Shown piece after piece: positions 28,775-38,534 of a DNA stretch of 64,000 nt (its first letter is position 1; each line of letters begins with the position of its first letter). The notes below the pieces were generated by a model. That model ran no database searches, was not told the origin of the DNA, and worked only from the letters and a program-made list of their open reading frames with translations. Source of the stretch: a virus. Its lineage: Duplodnaviria > Caudoviricetes. The stretch is taken from the IMG/VR virus record IMGVR_UViG_3300048503_000032, positions 1-64,000 of that record; one strand, given 5' to 3'. The position numbers and the translations under genes are program-made.

Positions 28775-30010
28775 ATGCGAGTTTCGCTAACTGGCGATAC
28801 CATCGCTCAATTGCTTTCAGTGTCCGGCGACAGCGTCGGGGCTTTCAAGGCCGGCCGCAGTTATGATCTGGCGCGTGTGCATTTAATTAGGGTGGGATGC
28901 CCGCGAGAGATGCAGGCATCGACTGAGAACAGGATGAACGTGTCGATCGTGATCGAGAAGAATCGCAAGCACTACGGCGAGATCGCGGCGACGGGATATT
29001 ACCCTGAGGCTGTGGTGGTGGCCGGCGCGTATCGCCGTAATAGCCTGATTGCTCATGGCGTGTTGGATGCAATGGCCTGGGTGGAGCGCGGCGCTATCGA
29101 GATCAATGCCGACGACGCTATCGGTTGCGGGGAGCTGACAGAGAAGCTGTCCCATCTCATTCAGGTGAAGATCTACGGCAACAACCAGCCCATCACTGGA
29201 CAGCCCTGGCCATACATCGTCCAAGTCTATCCGTTCGAGAACTACTTGATCTACGAGTTCGGCGGACAGAAGTTCCGGCAGGCGTTCGCGCTTGACCCGA
29301 CTGGACGCAATGTGGCTTTGTCGGGCGACTCGGTCAAGGTGCAGGAGAAGTTTGTCGACGCATGCGGATCGGGGATGCCGCGGACACAGGATGGAATGCG
29401 GCAGGTCAAGAATCCTTTACCTCTGGCAGGCAATCAGGTTTCTAGCCGCGGCGGAGAGAATTCGGATCTGGTGCGGATGGTCATTCGCAACACGGCCAAC
29501 GTGGACAAGGTTGTAGCCAAGTTGTTGGCTGCGATCAAGAACGGATTGTACAAGCCATTGCAGCCGGACTTCTATCCGGTCAATCTGTCGGATGCAGGAA
29601 AGATTCTTGGGCCTCTGGTAGAGGCTGGGATCTCGCCGGTCGACTTTGTGGCCTGGGCGGACGAGAACGGCGGCGAGTTCATGGAGTTCCGCGACTTCTC
29701 AGACAAGACCAGAAAGAAGATGGCGAAGACTGGCGCGGCGATGAAGAACGGCGGATTTCCGATTCAGAACCGGCAGGATGTCAGGAACGCGGTCAGGTCA
29801 ATCGGCCGTGCCAAGAATCCTGCTGCTACCAAGACGCACATCATCAAGCATGCGAAGAAGTTGGGCGTGCTTGATGAGTTGCCGAAGCAATGGAAAGCGG
29901 CGGACATGAAGGCGTGGGGTAAGACGTCCCATACCCATCACACCACTGGACACAATCATGCCAAAATGCATGACAGTGGAAGTCAGAAGAAGGCGTCCTT
30001 CAAGGTCTAG
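28775..30010 (+). CDS. Probable head-associated protein
   Basis: C-terminal RKKMAKTGAAMKNGGFPIQN..DVRNAVRSIGRA..HIIKHAKKLG..LPKQW resembles a domain I recall from phage head/protease proteins; GGAGGAGG SD. Confidence 0.6.
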   Translation: MRVSLTGDTIAQLLSVSGDSVGAFKAGRSYDLARVHLIRVGCPREMQASTENRMNVSIVIEKNRKHYGEIAATGYYPEAVVVAGAYRRNSLIAHGVLDAMAWVERGAIEINADDAIGCGELTEKLSHLIQVKIYGNNQPITGQPWPYIVQVYPFENYLIYEFGGQKFRQAFALDPTGRNVALSGDSVKVQEKFVDACGSGMPRTQDGMRQVKNPLPLAGNQVSSRGGENSDLVRMVIRNTANVDKVVAKLLAAIKNGLYKPLQPDFYPVNLSDAGKILGPLVEAGISPVDFVAWADENGGEFMEFRDFSDKTRKKMAKTGAAMKNGGFPIQNRQDVRNAVRSIGRAKNPAATKTHIIKHAKKLGVLDELPKQWKAADMKAWGKTSHTHHTTGHNHAKMHDSGSQKKASFKV

Positions 30011-30012
30011 AC

Positions 30013-30405
30013 ATGAGTAAGGTGATTGCATGGATGATGTTCGCGTTGTTGGGGACGCAGGCACAGTTGATTGTGCCTGCGAATACGACCGTCATCATCG
30101 CTGGCGGCAGCTACTCGGTTGTGTTTGAGAAGGATGTGTTCGGCCCGGTGCGAAGTAAGAATGGGATCGCGTTGACTCCTGTTGCGGCTGCTGTGACTTG
30201 CCCTGTCGGTATGATGGCTGGCAGGATTGTCATAAGCTCGCAGTTGCAGCCTAAGCAACAGGCTATTGCGATGATTCATGAGACAGTTCACATTGCGCAG
30301 ACTTGCGACAAGCGCGCGTTGCCGGTCGACGAGAAGATTGCTCAGGATGTATCAGATCTGTTCGACAGTCCGGAGGGATTGTTCATCATGAAGGAGCTGA
30401 GATGA
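30013..30405 (+). CDS. Exported protein with HExxH motif
   Basis: Signal-like MSKVIAWMMFALLGTQA-Q; IHETVH. Confidence 0.6.
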   Translation: MSKVIAWMMFALLGTQAQLIVPANTTVIIAGGSYSVVFEKDVFGPVRSKNGIALTPVAAAVTCPVGMMAGRIVISSQLQPKQQAIAMIHETVHIAQTCDKRALPVDEKIAQDVSDLFDSPEGLFIMKELR

Positions 30406-30623
30406 ATCTCGGACAGCGTATCGTGCTGCAAGCTGGAGGCCCAGGCAGCGGTCGTCACGCTGGTGGCGGCTTTGCTATTGTCACACATCGCACAGGTGCT
30501 ATCGTGAAAGGTATCCCTACGAAAGAAGCAGCTAAGGTGTTAATGAACCAGAAAAAGCGGCAGCGTCGGCAGCTTATAAATCACGATCTGGACATCATTA
30601 CTCTGCACCACCAGAAAAGATGA
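30402..30623 (+). CDS. Small basic protein with MNLGQRIVLQA-GGPGSGRH leader (candidate internal head protein)
   Basis: AAGGAG SD; motif shared with ORFs 30719 and 60616. Confidence 0.7.
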   Translation: MNLGQRIVLQAGGPGSGRHAGGGFAIVTHRTGAIVKGIPTKEAAKVLMNQKKRQRRQLINHDLDIITLHHQKR

Positions 30624-30718
30624 AGGTGGTAGAGCATGGCCCGGATGAATCGTTATCGGATATCGGTAGTAGAGTGCAGCAGGAATCGGGTAAGGTGTTG
30701 TCGTACTTCTGAGGACTT

Positions 30719-31033
30719 ATGAATTTAGGACAGCGGATCATTCTCGGCAGCTTTGCCACCCCGATGGCCAGCGACCATTTCGAGGTGTTCCAGGCTCCGT
30801 CACCGATTCCGACCAATCATCCGCCGAGTCTGAGCAATCCGAAGAAGGTTGAGCCTGACACGATGCAAGAGGGTTGGCAGAGGAAGTCGTCGAAGAAAAA
30901 GAAGAAGCGCGCTAGACGGGATATGAAAGAGATCATCCAGAAGACGTTGAATCAGGGCAGACCGACGATGGTGAACCACAGCAAGGGCAGCGATCCGAAT
31001 CTGTGGAATCCGTCTCAGATCGCAGACTTGTAA
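30719..31033 (+). CDS. Basic protein with MNLGQRIIL leader (candidate internal head protein)
   Basis: GAGG SD; first 7 residues identical to ORF 30402. Confidence 0.7.
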   Translation: MNLGQRIILGSFATPMASDHFEVFQAPSPIPTNHPPSLSNPKKVEPDTMQEGWQRKSSKKKKKRARRDMKEIIQKTLNQGRPTMVNHSKGSDPNLWNPSQIADL

Positions 31034-31049
31034 TTAGGAGGACAGGACA

Positions 31050-31277
31050 ATGCTGGTAGCTATTCAGAATTGGCTGGCTGCGAAGGGCGGCTTGGCTCAT
31101 GTGGTGGCGGCAGCTTATCTGTTTACCATCGCGGCGTATGCTGGCGTGCCGAATTTCGCCCACGCGCTCAATATGGTCTATGCTCAGTTGCCGGCGTGGG
31201 CGCATGAGTTCCTCTTGGCCGGCCTTGGGGTGGTCGCGTGGTATACGAATCTGAGGAAAGCTACGTCTAAGGTCTAA
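31050..31277 (+). CDS. Two-TM membrane protein (holin-like)
   Basis: Two hydrophobic segments, basic C-terminus, AGGAGG SD. Confidence 0.6.
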   Translation: MLVAIQNWLAAKGGLAHVVAAAYLFTIAAYAGVPNFAHALNMVYAQLPAWAHEFLLAGLGVVAWYTNLRKATSKV

Positions 31278-31307
31278 CTCTTCGACGTAGGGCATCCTAC
31301 GCAAGAC
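31271..31307 (+). repeat. 37-bp dispersed repeat, copy 1
   Basis: GGTCTAACTCTTCGACGTAGGGCATCCTACGCAAGAC identical to 40747-40783. Confidence 0.9.
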
Positions 31308-31345
31308 TACGGGCCTTGTGGCGGCTGGTTACAGGCGTCAGTTGT

Positions 31346-31369
31346 GACGTCAGGGCTATTTGTTATGAT
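31346..31369 (+). promoter_or_regulatory. Class B promoter GACG-N14-TATGAT
   Basis: Conserved spacing, intergenic. Confidence 0.6.
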
Positions 31370-31412
31370 GGATGGAGTTTAGTACGGCCACGAGAGTGGA
31401 AGGAGAACCATC

Positions 31413-31787
31413 ATGTCTTTCGCATCATTTGAATCACGCTTTCTCGCAATCCTGCACAAGATCATCCCGTTCATCGAGCCGACCGTTAAGGCCGTCGAGA
31501 CGGGCATCGCCTCTGCGAACCAGCCTGGGGCCACGAAGCAGAGCATCGCCATTGCAGCACTTACCGGCGCTAACAGTGTCGCTGATGCTGACTTGTCGCA
31601 GGAAGATCAGGCGACGGCGGATGCGGTGACTGCTGTGGTCGCTGCCGCAATCAACGGAACGGTCGCCGACCTGAAGAAGCAGGGCACGTTGGCTCAGGCA
31701 GAAGGCGTGACCGACGACGTGATCCAGGCAGTCGCAGGTGTGACTGCTGCCATCGCTCCACCGGCAGTGTCGGACGCAACCGCCTAA
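31413..31787 (+). CDS. hypothetical Ala-rich protein
   Basis: AAGGAG SD. Confidence 0.75.
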   Translation: MSFASFESRFLAILHKIIPFIEPTVKAVETGIASANQPGATKQSIAIAALTGANSVADADLSQEDQATADAVTAVVAAAINGTVADLKKQGTLAQAEGVTDDVIQAVAGVTAAIAPPAVSDATA

Positions 31788-31788
31788 C

Positions 31789-32517
31789 ATGAACCTGCTA
31801 CGCGCCATTCTGCACGACCTCGCCCTTGTGATGCTTGTCATCGCAGGGGCGTTGGGTTGTGCGGTGTTATATAAGGCTTTGAAGATCGAGGGCGATGTCA
31901 AGGCGGCGCTGGTCACGGTCAACACTCCCAAGTCGGGAACGCTATCGATGTTGGACGATACGATCTTTCAGGGGCGACTGACAATCGATGCGACGAACAA
32001 GGTGTTACTTCATGAGCAGACGCAGCTTGGAACGATTGACGGATATGCTAGAAACCTGGACGCAGAGATTTCTGGACTGGCTTCCCATGGCAATACAGCG
32101 CTCGACTCGTTTAGTGGGGTCGCTACTGGGGCTAAGGAAACCCTGACGACGCTTACAGCGCATATCACTCCTGTTCTCGACTCCACTACTACTGCGATCA
32201 ATACGGGGACGGATTACTTCCAGAAGAAGCAGCCGCAGTTTGATCTGTTGCTGACGCACGTTGACGATCTGACTGTCTCGGGGAATGGATCTGTTGTGAA
32301 GTTCAATGCGTTGCTGGACAATCCAGCCATTCCGCGTATCGAAGAGAGTGCAGCGGACTTTCTAGGTACAGGCGCTCACATGCTTGCGACTGGCGATGCG
32401 GTTGAGACGAAGTTGGCGCAGTGTACGCTGCACCCGCACATGAGTTGCTATGTGAAATCGGATCTGTTGTTCGGGGCGCAGCTCGGCGGCTATTTGCTGT
32501 CATCTGTTCCGAAGTAG
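31789..32517 (+). CDS. Membrane-anchored coiled-coil protein (possible spanin-like)
   Basis: N-terminal TM then long helical region, near lysis genes. Confidence 0.5.
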   Translation: MNLLRAILHDLALVMLVIAGALGCAVLYKALKIEGDVKAALVTVNTPKSGTLSMLDDTIFQGRLTIDATNKVLLHEQTQLGTIDGYARNLDAEISGLASHGNTALDSFSGVATGAKETLTTLTAHITPVLDSTTTAINTGTDYFQKKQPQFDLLLTHVDDLTVSGNGSVVKFNALLDNPAIPRIEESAADFLGTGAHMLATGDAVETKLAQCTLHPHMSCYVKSDLLFGAQLGGYLLSSVPK

Positions 32518-32524
32518 GAATCAC

Positions 32525-32734
32525 ATGAGCAAGTTGATTATGTTCGAGGGAACACGCGGCGAGGATATGCGTGTAGCGTTTGAAGACGCTATGAAGCGCA
32601 TGGATGAGTGTGATGGGGTAGTCATCCTCATGCAGAAGAAGGCTGGCGGGTTCTTGTGGTTTGCGCCAGCTATGATGAAACTGGAGACGATGATTTTTTA
32701 TCTGTGGTCGGCTCTCAAGCATCTAGGAGAGTAA
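32525..32734 (+). CDS. hypothetical protein
   Basis: AGGA SD. Confidence 0.65.
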   Translation: MSKLIMFEGTRGEDMRVAFEDAMKRMDECDGVVILMQKKAGGFLWFAPAMMKLETMIFYLWSALKHLGE

Positions 32735-32749
32735 TTTCAAGGAGGACGT

Positions 32750-33022
32750 ATGAGTTGGGGAATAGGGTACGTTGGCAAGGCTCCCGCGGTAAGAACACAG
32801 TGTGCGACTGAATTCGCAAAGAACCCTTGCAGCGAACCTGAGGAGACAGTTCGTCAGGCAGCGGCTGCGGTGATTGATGCGGCTCTGGCGGCTCAGGATG
32901 CATCGAACGTGGTGAGGGTGGCGGCTTGTGGCAGCCAGTCGTTCAAGAACTACACCGATCAGACGGGCGTGACCAATTCGCTGTCAATTACCATCGATCC
33001 GTTGTACGGTTTCATCGAGTAG
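32750..33022 (+). CDS. hypothetical protein
   Basis: AAGGAGG SD. Confidence 0.75.
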   Translation: MSWGIGYVGKAPAVRTQCATEFAKNPCSEPEETVRQAAAAVIDAALAAQDASNVVRVAACGSQSFKNYTDQTGVTNSLSITIDPLYGFIE

Positions 33023-33043
33023 TTCTCAGGACAATGAAGACAG

Positions 33044-33078
33044 GAAACGGCGCAGACGATGCGCCGTTTCTCTATAGT
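33044..33078 (+). promoter_or_regulatory. Hairpin GAAACGGCGCA/TGCGCCGTTTC overlapping class B promoter (GACG 33055, TATAGT 33073)
   Basis: Perfect 11-bp stem; N14 spacing. Confidence 0.6.
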
Positions 33079-33284
33079 GGAGTTAGTTGACGAGAAGGGA
33101 TATCGTACCGAGGGCAAGTCCGAGAGCTACAAGGCTTGGCTTGGGCCAGGGTGGTGTGTTGCCCTGGTAGGCGGCTATGACGAAGCAGACCGCGGCAAGA
33201 ACGAGTAGAACGTTGTGAGCAGTGATGAGCATTTTGAGGTACCTCAGTTTATGTTGGATGTAGGTAAGGTCGAGGAGGTTGTAT

Positions 33285-33566
33285 ATGAAGTATGGATTTG
33301 TGTTGGCGTTGTTTCTTATCGGTTGTTCGTTTCAGCCACCGCAGCCTCAGGCTAAGCGGATATGGGTGATGTCGGAGATGAACCATGCTGACTTCACGGT
33401 GAAGGAAGACAATGGGACTTCAGAGTTGTATGTGATGCAGTTCTGTTACTACGATGCGCCGGTTGCGATGTGGCAGGGACTTTATGCCGATATCGTTGTT
33501 GCATGGGACAGTACTACATATGCTCGCGGGTGCTATCGAGTACTAAAAATCACTGCTCTCAACTAG
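33285..33566 (+). CDS. Putative lipoprotein
   Basis: MKYGFVLALFLIG-C lipobox-like; GGAGG SD. Confidence 0.6.
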   Translation: MKYGFVLALFLIGCSFQPPQPQAKRIWVMSEMNHADFTVKEDNGTSELYVMQFCYYDAPVAMWQGLYADIVVAWDSTTYARGCYRVLKITALN

Positions 33567-33572
33567 GCGATC

Positions 33573-34400
33573 ATGCTCATCAAGAACCTAAATTTACTCG
33601 GAGACTGTTTGTATACGCTGAAGCCGATCGCGGATCTGCGTATGCAGCGGCCTGGTGAGGAGATCGTGATCGGCGTCGACAACGATCTGTCAGGTGAGAT
33701 GGTGCGACGTCAGTTTGCGGGTACACAGGTTGAGGTGGCGGACATCGCGGATCTCAGTCGCACGGATGTTGATCTATCGGCCGGCGCTGCATCGAGGATG
33801 TGTACGGCGCATCTGTTGCGTTACGGCTCGTATCTGCACATCTCGGAATGCTACGCAGAGATGCTGGGCGTGGACAGTAGAGGTTGGGGCAGAGACTTTA
33901 CTCCGCTGACTTACTGGAGGGCGTGCTGGGGCGATAAGGGTCTTCCGCCTATTCCGTCTCAGGTACATCCTTATGTGGTGATATCGCCATTTTCCCGTTC
34001 ATGCTCTCGGCAGATGGGGATGAGGCCGAACAAGACGCCCGACATTGAGCGTTGGGGGCTGTTGATTGAATGGCTGCACTCGAAGAATTTGGATGTGGTG
34101 GTATCGCATGGCCCGAATGATGTATGGACGGGTGTGCCGGTTAAGTTGGTTACGACTGAATCATTGCGACAGCTGGTTCTCAATCTGTCAGGTGCGACTG
34201 CGGTGATCACGGTTGACAACGGAATCGGCCACATCGCATCGGCTTTGGGATGTAAAACTTTAATCTTGTGGCCTCCGATATCGTCAGTTCCGTTCATCGC
34301 GCCGACGTGGAGCAAAACCACTACATTGATATACATGCAGCCGGCTCGGGTGAGAGCTGACCAGTTGCGAGACTTAGTGATGAAGGAGTTGAAGATATGA
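33573..34400 (+). CDS. GT9 (heptosyltransferase-like) glycosyltransferase
   Basis: LGDCLY, YVVISPFS, VITVDNGIGHIASALG. Confidence 0.85.
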   Translation: MLIKNLNLLGDCLYTLKPIADLRMQRPGEEIVIGVDNDLSGEMVRRQFAGTQVEVADIADLSRTDVDLSAGAASRMCTAHLLRYGSYLHISECYAEMLGVDSRGWGRDFTPLTYWRACWGDKGLPPIPSQVHPYVVISPFSRSCSRQMGMRPNKTPDIERWGLLIEWLHSKNLDVVVSHGPNDVWTGVPVKLVTTESLRQLVLNLSGATAVITVDNGIGHIASALGCKTLILWPPISSVPFIAPTWSKTTTLIYMQPARVRADQLRDLVMKELKI

Positions 34401-34576
34401 ATAGTTTTTGGGTTGGCATACTCACGGCCGCATTGTGGATGGGGGCGGGTCTGTGGTGGATCGGTAGGATGGATAAGGCAGCTAGGCGCAGGAAGCGGCA
34501 GCTGCTGGACAAGATACGCTGCACCAAGCGTGTCTATCATCGGACAGAAGATGGGACTGCCTTCAAGGAGGAGTGA
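34397..34576 (+). CDS. small membrane protein
   Basis: MNSFWVGILTAALWMGAGLWWIG; AAGGAG SD. Confidence 0.6.
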   Translation: MNSFWVGILTAALWMGAGLWWIGRMDKAARRRKRQLLDKIRCTKRVYHRTEDGTAFKEE

Positions 34577-34894
34577 TTGAAGTTCACCGGTGGCACTCGC
34601 GTCGACTCTAAGGGCTACTTAGTGGTCAAGGCCGGCCCACACAGAGATGTGCGATTGGCGACTTTGATTCTCGAGGCCAAGCTGCGCAGGAAGTTGCGAC
34701 GCGATGAGGATGTACATCATTTGGACGGGAACAAATTGAATATGGGCGAGTGCGGCCGCAATCTTCAGGCGAAGGGTCACGCGGAACACGGCGCGGTCAG
34801 CAACAAGCAGCGTATGTTTCTGAAGTTGAGAGATGAGAAAGAACGACAGGCGTGGGAGCAAGAGTTTCCTGGGTCTACGGAGGCGAGTGTATGA
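34577..34894 (+). CDS. HNH endonuclease-like protein
   Basis: GYLVV, EDVHHLDGNKLN..NLQ. Confidence 0.7.
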   Translation: MKFTGGTRVDSKGYLVVKAGPHRDVRLATLILEAKLRRKLRRDEDVHHLDGNKLNMGECGRNLQAKGHAEHGAVSNKQRMFLKLRDEKERQAWEQEFPGSTEASV

Positions 34895-35070
34895 CAGAAG
34901 CTGTATTGATATTGCTTAGGCAGTTGCGGGATGTGAGAAGATCTTCGCTGACGGATAAGGTAAAGATTGCGGCGGAGTTGTTAGCTGAGACTGGGATGAT
35001 CCCGAATACGCCGAACGCGAAGCATAACTGGATTGAGGGGCACGATCCTGGAGATACGACATGCCGGTAA
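34891..35070 (+). CDS. hypothetical protein
   Basis: GGAGG SD. Confidence 0.55.
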   Translation: MTEAVLILLRQLRDVRRSSLTDKVKIAAELLAETGMIPNTPNAKHNWIEGHDPGDTTCR

Positions 35071-35534
35071 AGATGACCAAGGCGGCGATCAACAAGCTCT
35101 TAGTGGAGGAGCGTGCGAAGATGCGCACCAAGCATAAGCAGTCTGCATTCATGCGTCGGACGCTCAACATCTATAACGGTCAGACGACTCGGATGCGCGA
35201 GTTCTTTCATCTGAAGCTGGCGGAACTGCCATACAGTATCGAGGAGTTTCGTGACGCGGTAGGGATTGCTTTACAGGAGCCGTGCTGCTACTGCGAATGC
35301 AAGCTGACAGTCAAGACAATCACACCAGATCATGCTACTGCTGTATCGACGAGCGGCGGCTGGGGATTGGACAACATAAAGTTTTGCTGTCAGAAGTGTA
35401 ATTGGAGAAAAGGAATCTTGACAGCGGACGAGTTTACTTGGCTGGTCAGGATTCTACGCAAAGGATTGTCGGCTGCGTCGCTCGAGGATGTATGGCGCAG
35501 ACTGGTGATCGGCGGGAAGTGGGCACCTAGATGA
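35061..35534 (+). CDS. HNH endonuclease
   Basis: CCYC..TPDH..GG..LDNI..CCQKCNWRKG. Confidence 0.8.
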   Translation: MPVKMTKAAINKLLVEERAKMRTKHKQSAFMRRTLNIYNGQTTRMREFFHLKLAELPYSIEEFRDAVGIALQEPCCYCECKLTVKTITPDHATAVSTSGGWGLDNIKFCCQKCNWRKGILTADEFTWLVRILRKGLSAASLEDVWRRLVIGGKWAPR

Positions 35535-35776
35535 GTGATATCGGTGTGTGGGAATCTCCCGCTAACTGGGGTCGCAACAATGACGGAACGAAGATGGGGT
35601 TTGATGTGAAGGACTATACTGACGAGTTAGTTGTGGCGATTGAAGCGGTAGGCGATCCTTGTTATGTGCATGCACGATGTTGGTGCGGCTACGCAAAAGG
35701 ACTCGTGCGTAGTCATACTATGGTTTGCCGACGCCTTCGTAAGTTGGTTAAGGACGCGAAAGAGAGACGTTTATGA
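35531..35776 (+). CDS. hypothetical protein
   Basis: ATGA overlap. Confidence 0.55.
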   Translation: MSDIGVWESPANWGRNNDGTKMGFDVKDYTDELVVAIEAVGDPCYVHARCWCGYAKGLVRSHTMVCRRLRKLVKDAKERRL

Positions 35777-35925
35777 ACGAGATAATCGAGAACGAGCTGA
35801 AGGGTCTGCGTGCTATCGGCCTCATGCATGAGCGGCAGGTGAAGGAAGCGATGGAGCGGATCGCCGATGCTTATTTTGTAAAGGGACAACTGTCGGTAAA
35901 GGAAAAGAAAGCTCAAGATGGGTAG
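35773..35925 (+). CDS. hypothetical protein
   Basis: MNEIIENELKGL..., ATGA overlap. Confidence 0.5.
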   Translation: MNEIIENELKGLRAIGLMHERQVKEAMERIADAYFVKGQLSVKEKKAQDG

Positions 35926-36715
35926 ACGTGGAGAGCGCAAATATTCCGTGGTGTCTAAACGTTTTGGGAGACTTACAGTGGTCAGGTATGCTCCTGAGGT
36001 TGGGAAGTACCACGTTGAATGTGTTTGTTCTTGCGGGAACGTATTTACGACTTCACAGTATAATTTGATTGGCGGAAGTACTAGGTCGTGTGGATGTCTC
36101 GCACAGGAAAATAGAGCTGCATCGGGGGCACGCAATGCATTCGATTTAACGGGGCGTGTTTTCGGTATGCTTACAGCTTTAGAGCGTACAAGCGCTCCAG
36201 GCGAGTGTAAGACGGTTAAGTGGCGATTTAGATGTGTTTGCGGCAGGGAAAAGGTCTTAGGAGGATGCTATGTTACCTGTGGACAGATAGTTTCGTGCGG
36301 TTGTGCTGTAGGTACGATTGTAAGAGCAGCGTCGTTTCGGAAGCGAAGTCGAGATTATCGTAATAATAGACTTGCCTGCGATCCTATTTTTCGGTTGTCG
36401 TTCAGGTTCAGAGCAGCGGTTAGAAAGTCGCTTCGGAGGTTTGTTTCGCAGAAGTTGGCGAATTGGGAAAGGTGTTTAGGGTATACGGTGGATGATTTGC
36501 GACTGCGTCTAGATTCTACGATGCCGGTCGGATATTCATGGGATGATTTTTATGCTGGTAGGCTTCATATAGATCATATGAGACCTTTGGCTTCGTTTGT
36601 TTTTGCGGGGAAAGATGATCCTGCGTTTTTAGAGGCTTGGAGTTTAGACAATCTACAGTTGTTGACAGCAGGCGATAATATGACCAAGCATGACAAGTGG
36701 ACAGGCATATGCTGA
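35918..36715 (+). CDS. HNH homing endonuclease with two N-terminal FGxLT..CxCG..SCGC repeats
   Basis: LHIDHMRPLASF..NLQLL..DNMTK; AT-richer codons than flanks. Confidence 0.8.
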   Translation: MGRRGERKYSVVSKRFGRLTVVRYAPEVGKYHVECVCSCGNVFTTSQYNLIGGSTRSCGCLAQENRAASGARNAFDLTGRVFGMLTALERTSAPGECKTVKWRFRCVCGREKVLGGCYVTCGQIVSCGCAVGTIVRAASFRKRSRDYRNNRLACDPIFRLSFRFRAAVRKSLRRFVSQKLANWERCLGYTVDDLRLRLDSTMPVGYSWDDFYAGRLHIDHMRPLASFVFAGKDDPAFLEAWSLDNLQLLTAGDNMTKHDKWTGIC

Positions 36716-37737
36716 ATCGATCCAATTCAGTAGTCTTCCTGGGGGCGTGGTTGGATGCATGTTCACTTTGGCGCATGTATTATCCCCATCAAAATTTGAA
36801 TGGGAGCAGCTTCTACTGCTTTGCCAACCAGCCCAATTTCGACATGATCGCCGGCTGCGACATCATCGTGGTTCAGAGGTGCTGTTCTCAGGCGCAGTAC
36901 AACTTCATCAGCACATGTCGGTCGCTCGGGTCGAAGATAATCTACGACTTGGATGACGATGTGTGGGATCTGCCTGAGTCGAACCCTGCTCACGTTCCGT
37001 TGACTCAGATGCGGGAAGGATTTGTCGCTTGTATTCAGTTGACGGATCTGGTGACCGTATCTACGAAGACGTTGGAGAAGCGGATTAGGGCTAACGTCAA
37101 GCCGCTGAGGAATCGTTTCACAGGACGTGATGTGCCTGTGGTGGTCGCTGAGAATTGGATGGATCAGCGGCTGTATGCGACGCCGCGGAAGAGTAGCAGG
37201 TTCATCATCGGCTGGAGCGGATCGAGTTCGCATATCGGCGATCTGGCGATGACCTATGACGCGTTGAATGCGGTATCGGGCGAGAATCCTGACGCCTTGA
37301 TCGAGTTCCGCGGATGCGATCCCAGCGCGGATATGAGGAAGATACGCAACTTCTACCACAAGCCCTGGGTGCCTGTAGCCGAGTTCTCTGCCAGAATGCC
37401 GGTGTGGGGATGGAGTATCGCGTTGGCTCCAGTGACAGACCATCCGTTCAACGACGCGAAGAGCTGCATCAAAATGCTGGAATCTGCGTACTGTAAGATT
37501 CCTTGTCTCGCCAGTTGGGTGAAGCCTTACGATGACTTTACAAGTCATGATCCTGAGTTGCGCTGGCTGCTCTGCGCGGGTCAGGGGAATTGGAAGCCTA
37601 AGTTGCGCGAGTTGATTCACGATGAAGGTCGGCGTAACGACTTAGGGCAAAGGGCATATAATGTGTTGACGAAACATTACACATTCAACCGGGTACATCC
37701 TGGCTGGCGTGAAGCATTCGAGACTGTACGGGGCTGA
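36709..37737 (+). CDS. GT-B (GT4-like) glycosyltransferase
   Basis: IVVQR, IYDLDDD, VTVST, IGWSGS..HIGDL, IALAP..FN.AKS.IK.LE. Confidence 0.85.
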   Translation: MLNRSNSVVFLGAWLDACSLWRMYYPHQNLNGSSFYCFANQPNFDMIAGCDIIVVQRCCSQAQYNFISTCRSLGSKIIYDLDDDVWDLPESNPAHVPLTQMREGFVACIQLTDLVTVSTKTLEKRIRANVKPLRNRFTGRDVPVVVAENWMDQRLYATPRKSSRFIIGWSGSSSHIGDLAMTYDALNAVSGENPDALIEFRGCDPSADMRKIRNFYHKPWVPVAEFSARMPVWGWSIALAPVTDHPFNDAKSCIKMLESAYCKIPCLASWVKPYDDFTSHDPELRWLLCAGQGNWKPKLRELIHDEGRRNDLGQRAYNVLTKHYTFNRVHPGWREAFETVRG

Positions 37738-37746
37738 GGAGGGATC

Positions 37747-38067
37747 ATGGTGGAATGGTTGGCATCGCACAGGATCGTTTACACCAGCTACCTAACGGTG
37801 CTCGGGGTGGCCGGCTGTGTTGTCGGGTATATTGCGTTTGCGGGGCTTCTGGCATGGATCGAGACTCGCAATACACCGAAGACTGATTTCTTTACCTGTG
37901 ATCGGCATGGGACGTTTCCGGTGAAGTCTTTAATCTTGATCGATCTGGGCGACGGCCGGCATCCAGTTCAGCAGTGCCCATTTTGTTATGATGCTGCATT
38001 CAAGTTGGCAGACCAACGTCTGAAGGATGAGGAGGCGAAACGTGGAGCAGTCCCAAAATTACAGTAA
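37747..38067 (+). CDS. Membrane protein with Cys/His Zn motif
   Basis: N-terminal TM; CDRHG..CPFC. Confidence 0.6.
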   Translation: MVEWLASHRIVYTSYLTVLGVAGCVVGYIAFAGLLAWIETRNTPKTDFFTCDRHGTFPVKSLILIDLGDGRHPVQQCPFCYDAAFKLADQRLKDEEAKRGAVPKLQ

Positions 38068-38311
38068 TGACGCTGCGTCTGCTTATCTGGACAGAGTATC
38101 TGCTCGGGTGACGGCTGGCATGTCGGACGCTGAGGTACTGGCTGTGGTTGACGATGAGTTGGATGCGACGTTGCATCCAGCAGAGGCTCCAGCTGCGGTC
38201 TGCGCTGATTGTGGTGCTCCCTGTACGGATGAGGATTTTATACCTGGGTATGTGCAGCGATATCGCTGTGGGATGTGTGTGGTTCGGTACGCAGCTTCGA
38301 TGATGGGGTAG
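38027..38311 (+). CDS. hypothetical Zn-finger protein (start probably GTG ~38042)
   Basis: CADC..CGMC. Confidence 0.55.
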   Translation: MRRRNVEQSQNYSNDAASAYLDRVSARVTAGMSDAEVLAVVDDELDATLHPAEAPAAVCADCGAPCTDEDFIPGYVQRYRCGMCVVRYAASMMG

Positions 38312-38315
38312 TTCT

Positions 38316-38534
38316 ATGATGCATTGGATTTACAACTGGAATTTGGTCGTGCTTACTCTCGAGGGCATATGGTTCTTAAGCATCGCGCTCAGAGTAAGCA
38401 GCTATACGAAGACTCCACGACAGTGCGACATTTGCGGTTGTATGTCGGTTGAATGTAAGCCATTCTTTCAGGCTAAAATATCGGCGGACTTTGCATGTCC
38501 TGAATGCGGCAGAAGAGAATCGGAATTGATATGA
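38316..38534 (+). CDS. small membrane Zn-finger protein
   Basis: TM; CDIC..CPEC. Confidence 0.55.
   Translation: MMHWIYNWNLVVLTLEGIWFLSIALRVSSYTKTPRQCDICGCMSVECKPFFQAKISADFACPECGRRESELI

Noticed and set aside
33079-33260. ncRNA or small ORF after the class B promoter at 33055
   Set aside because: Only one hairpin (CCAGGG/CCCTGG) and no good start codon
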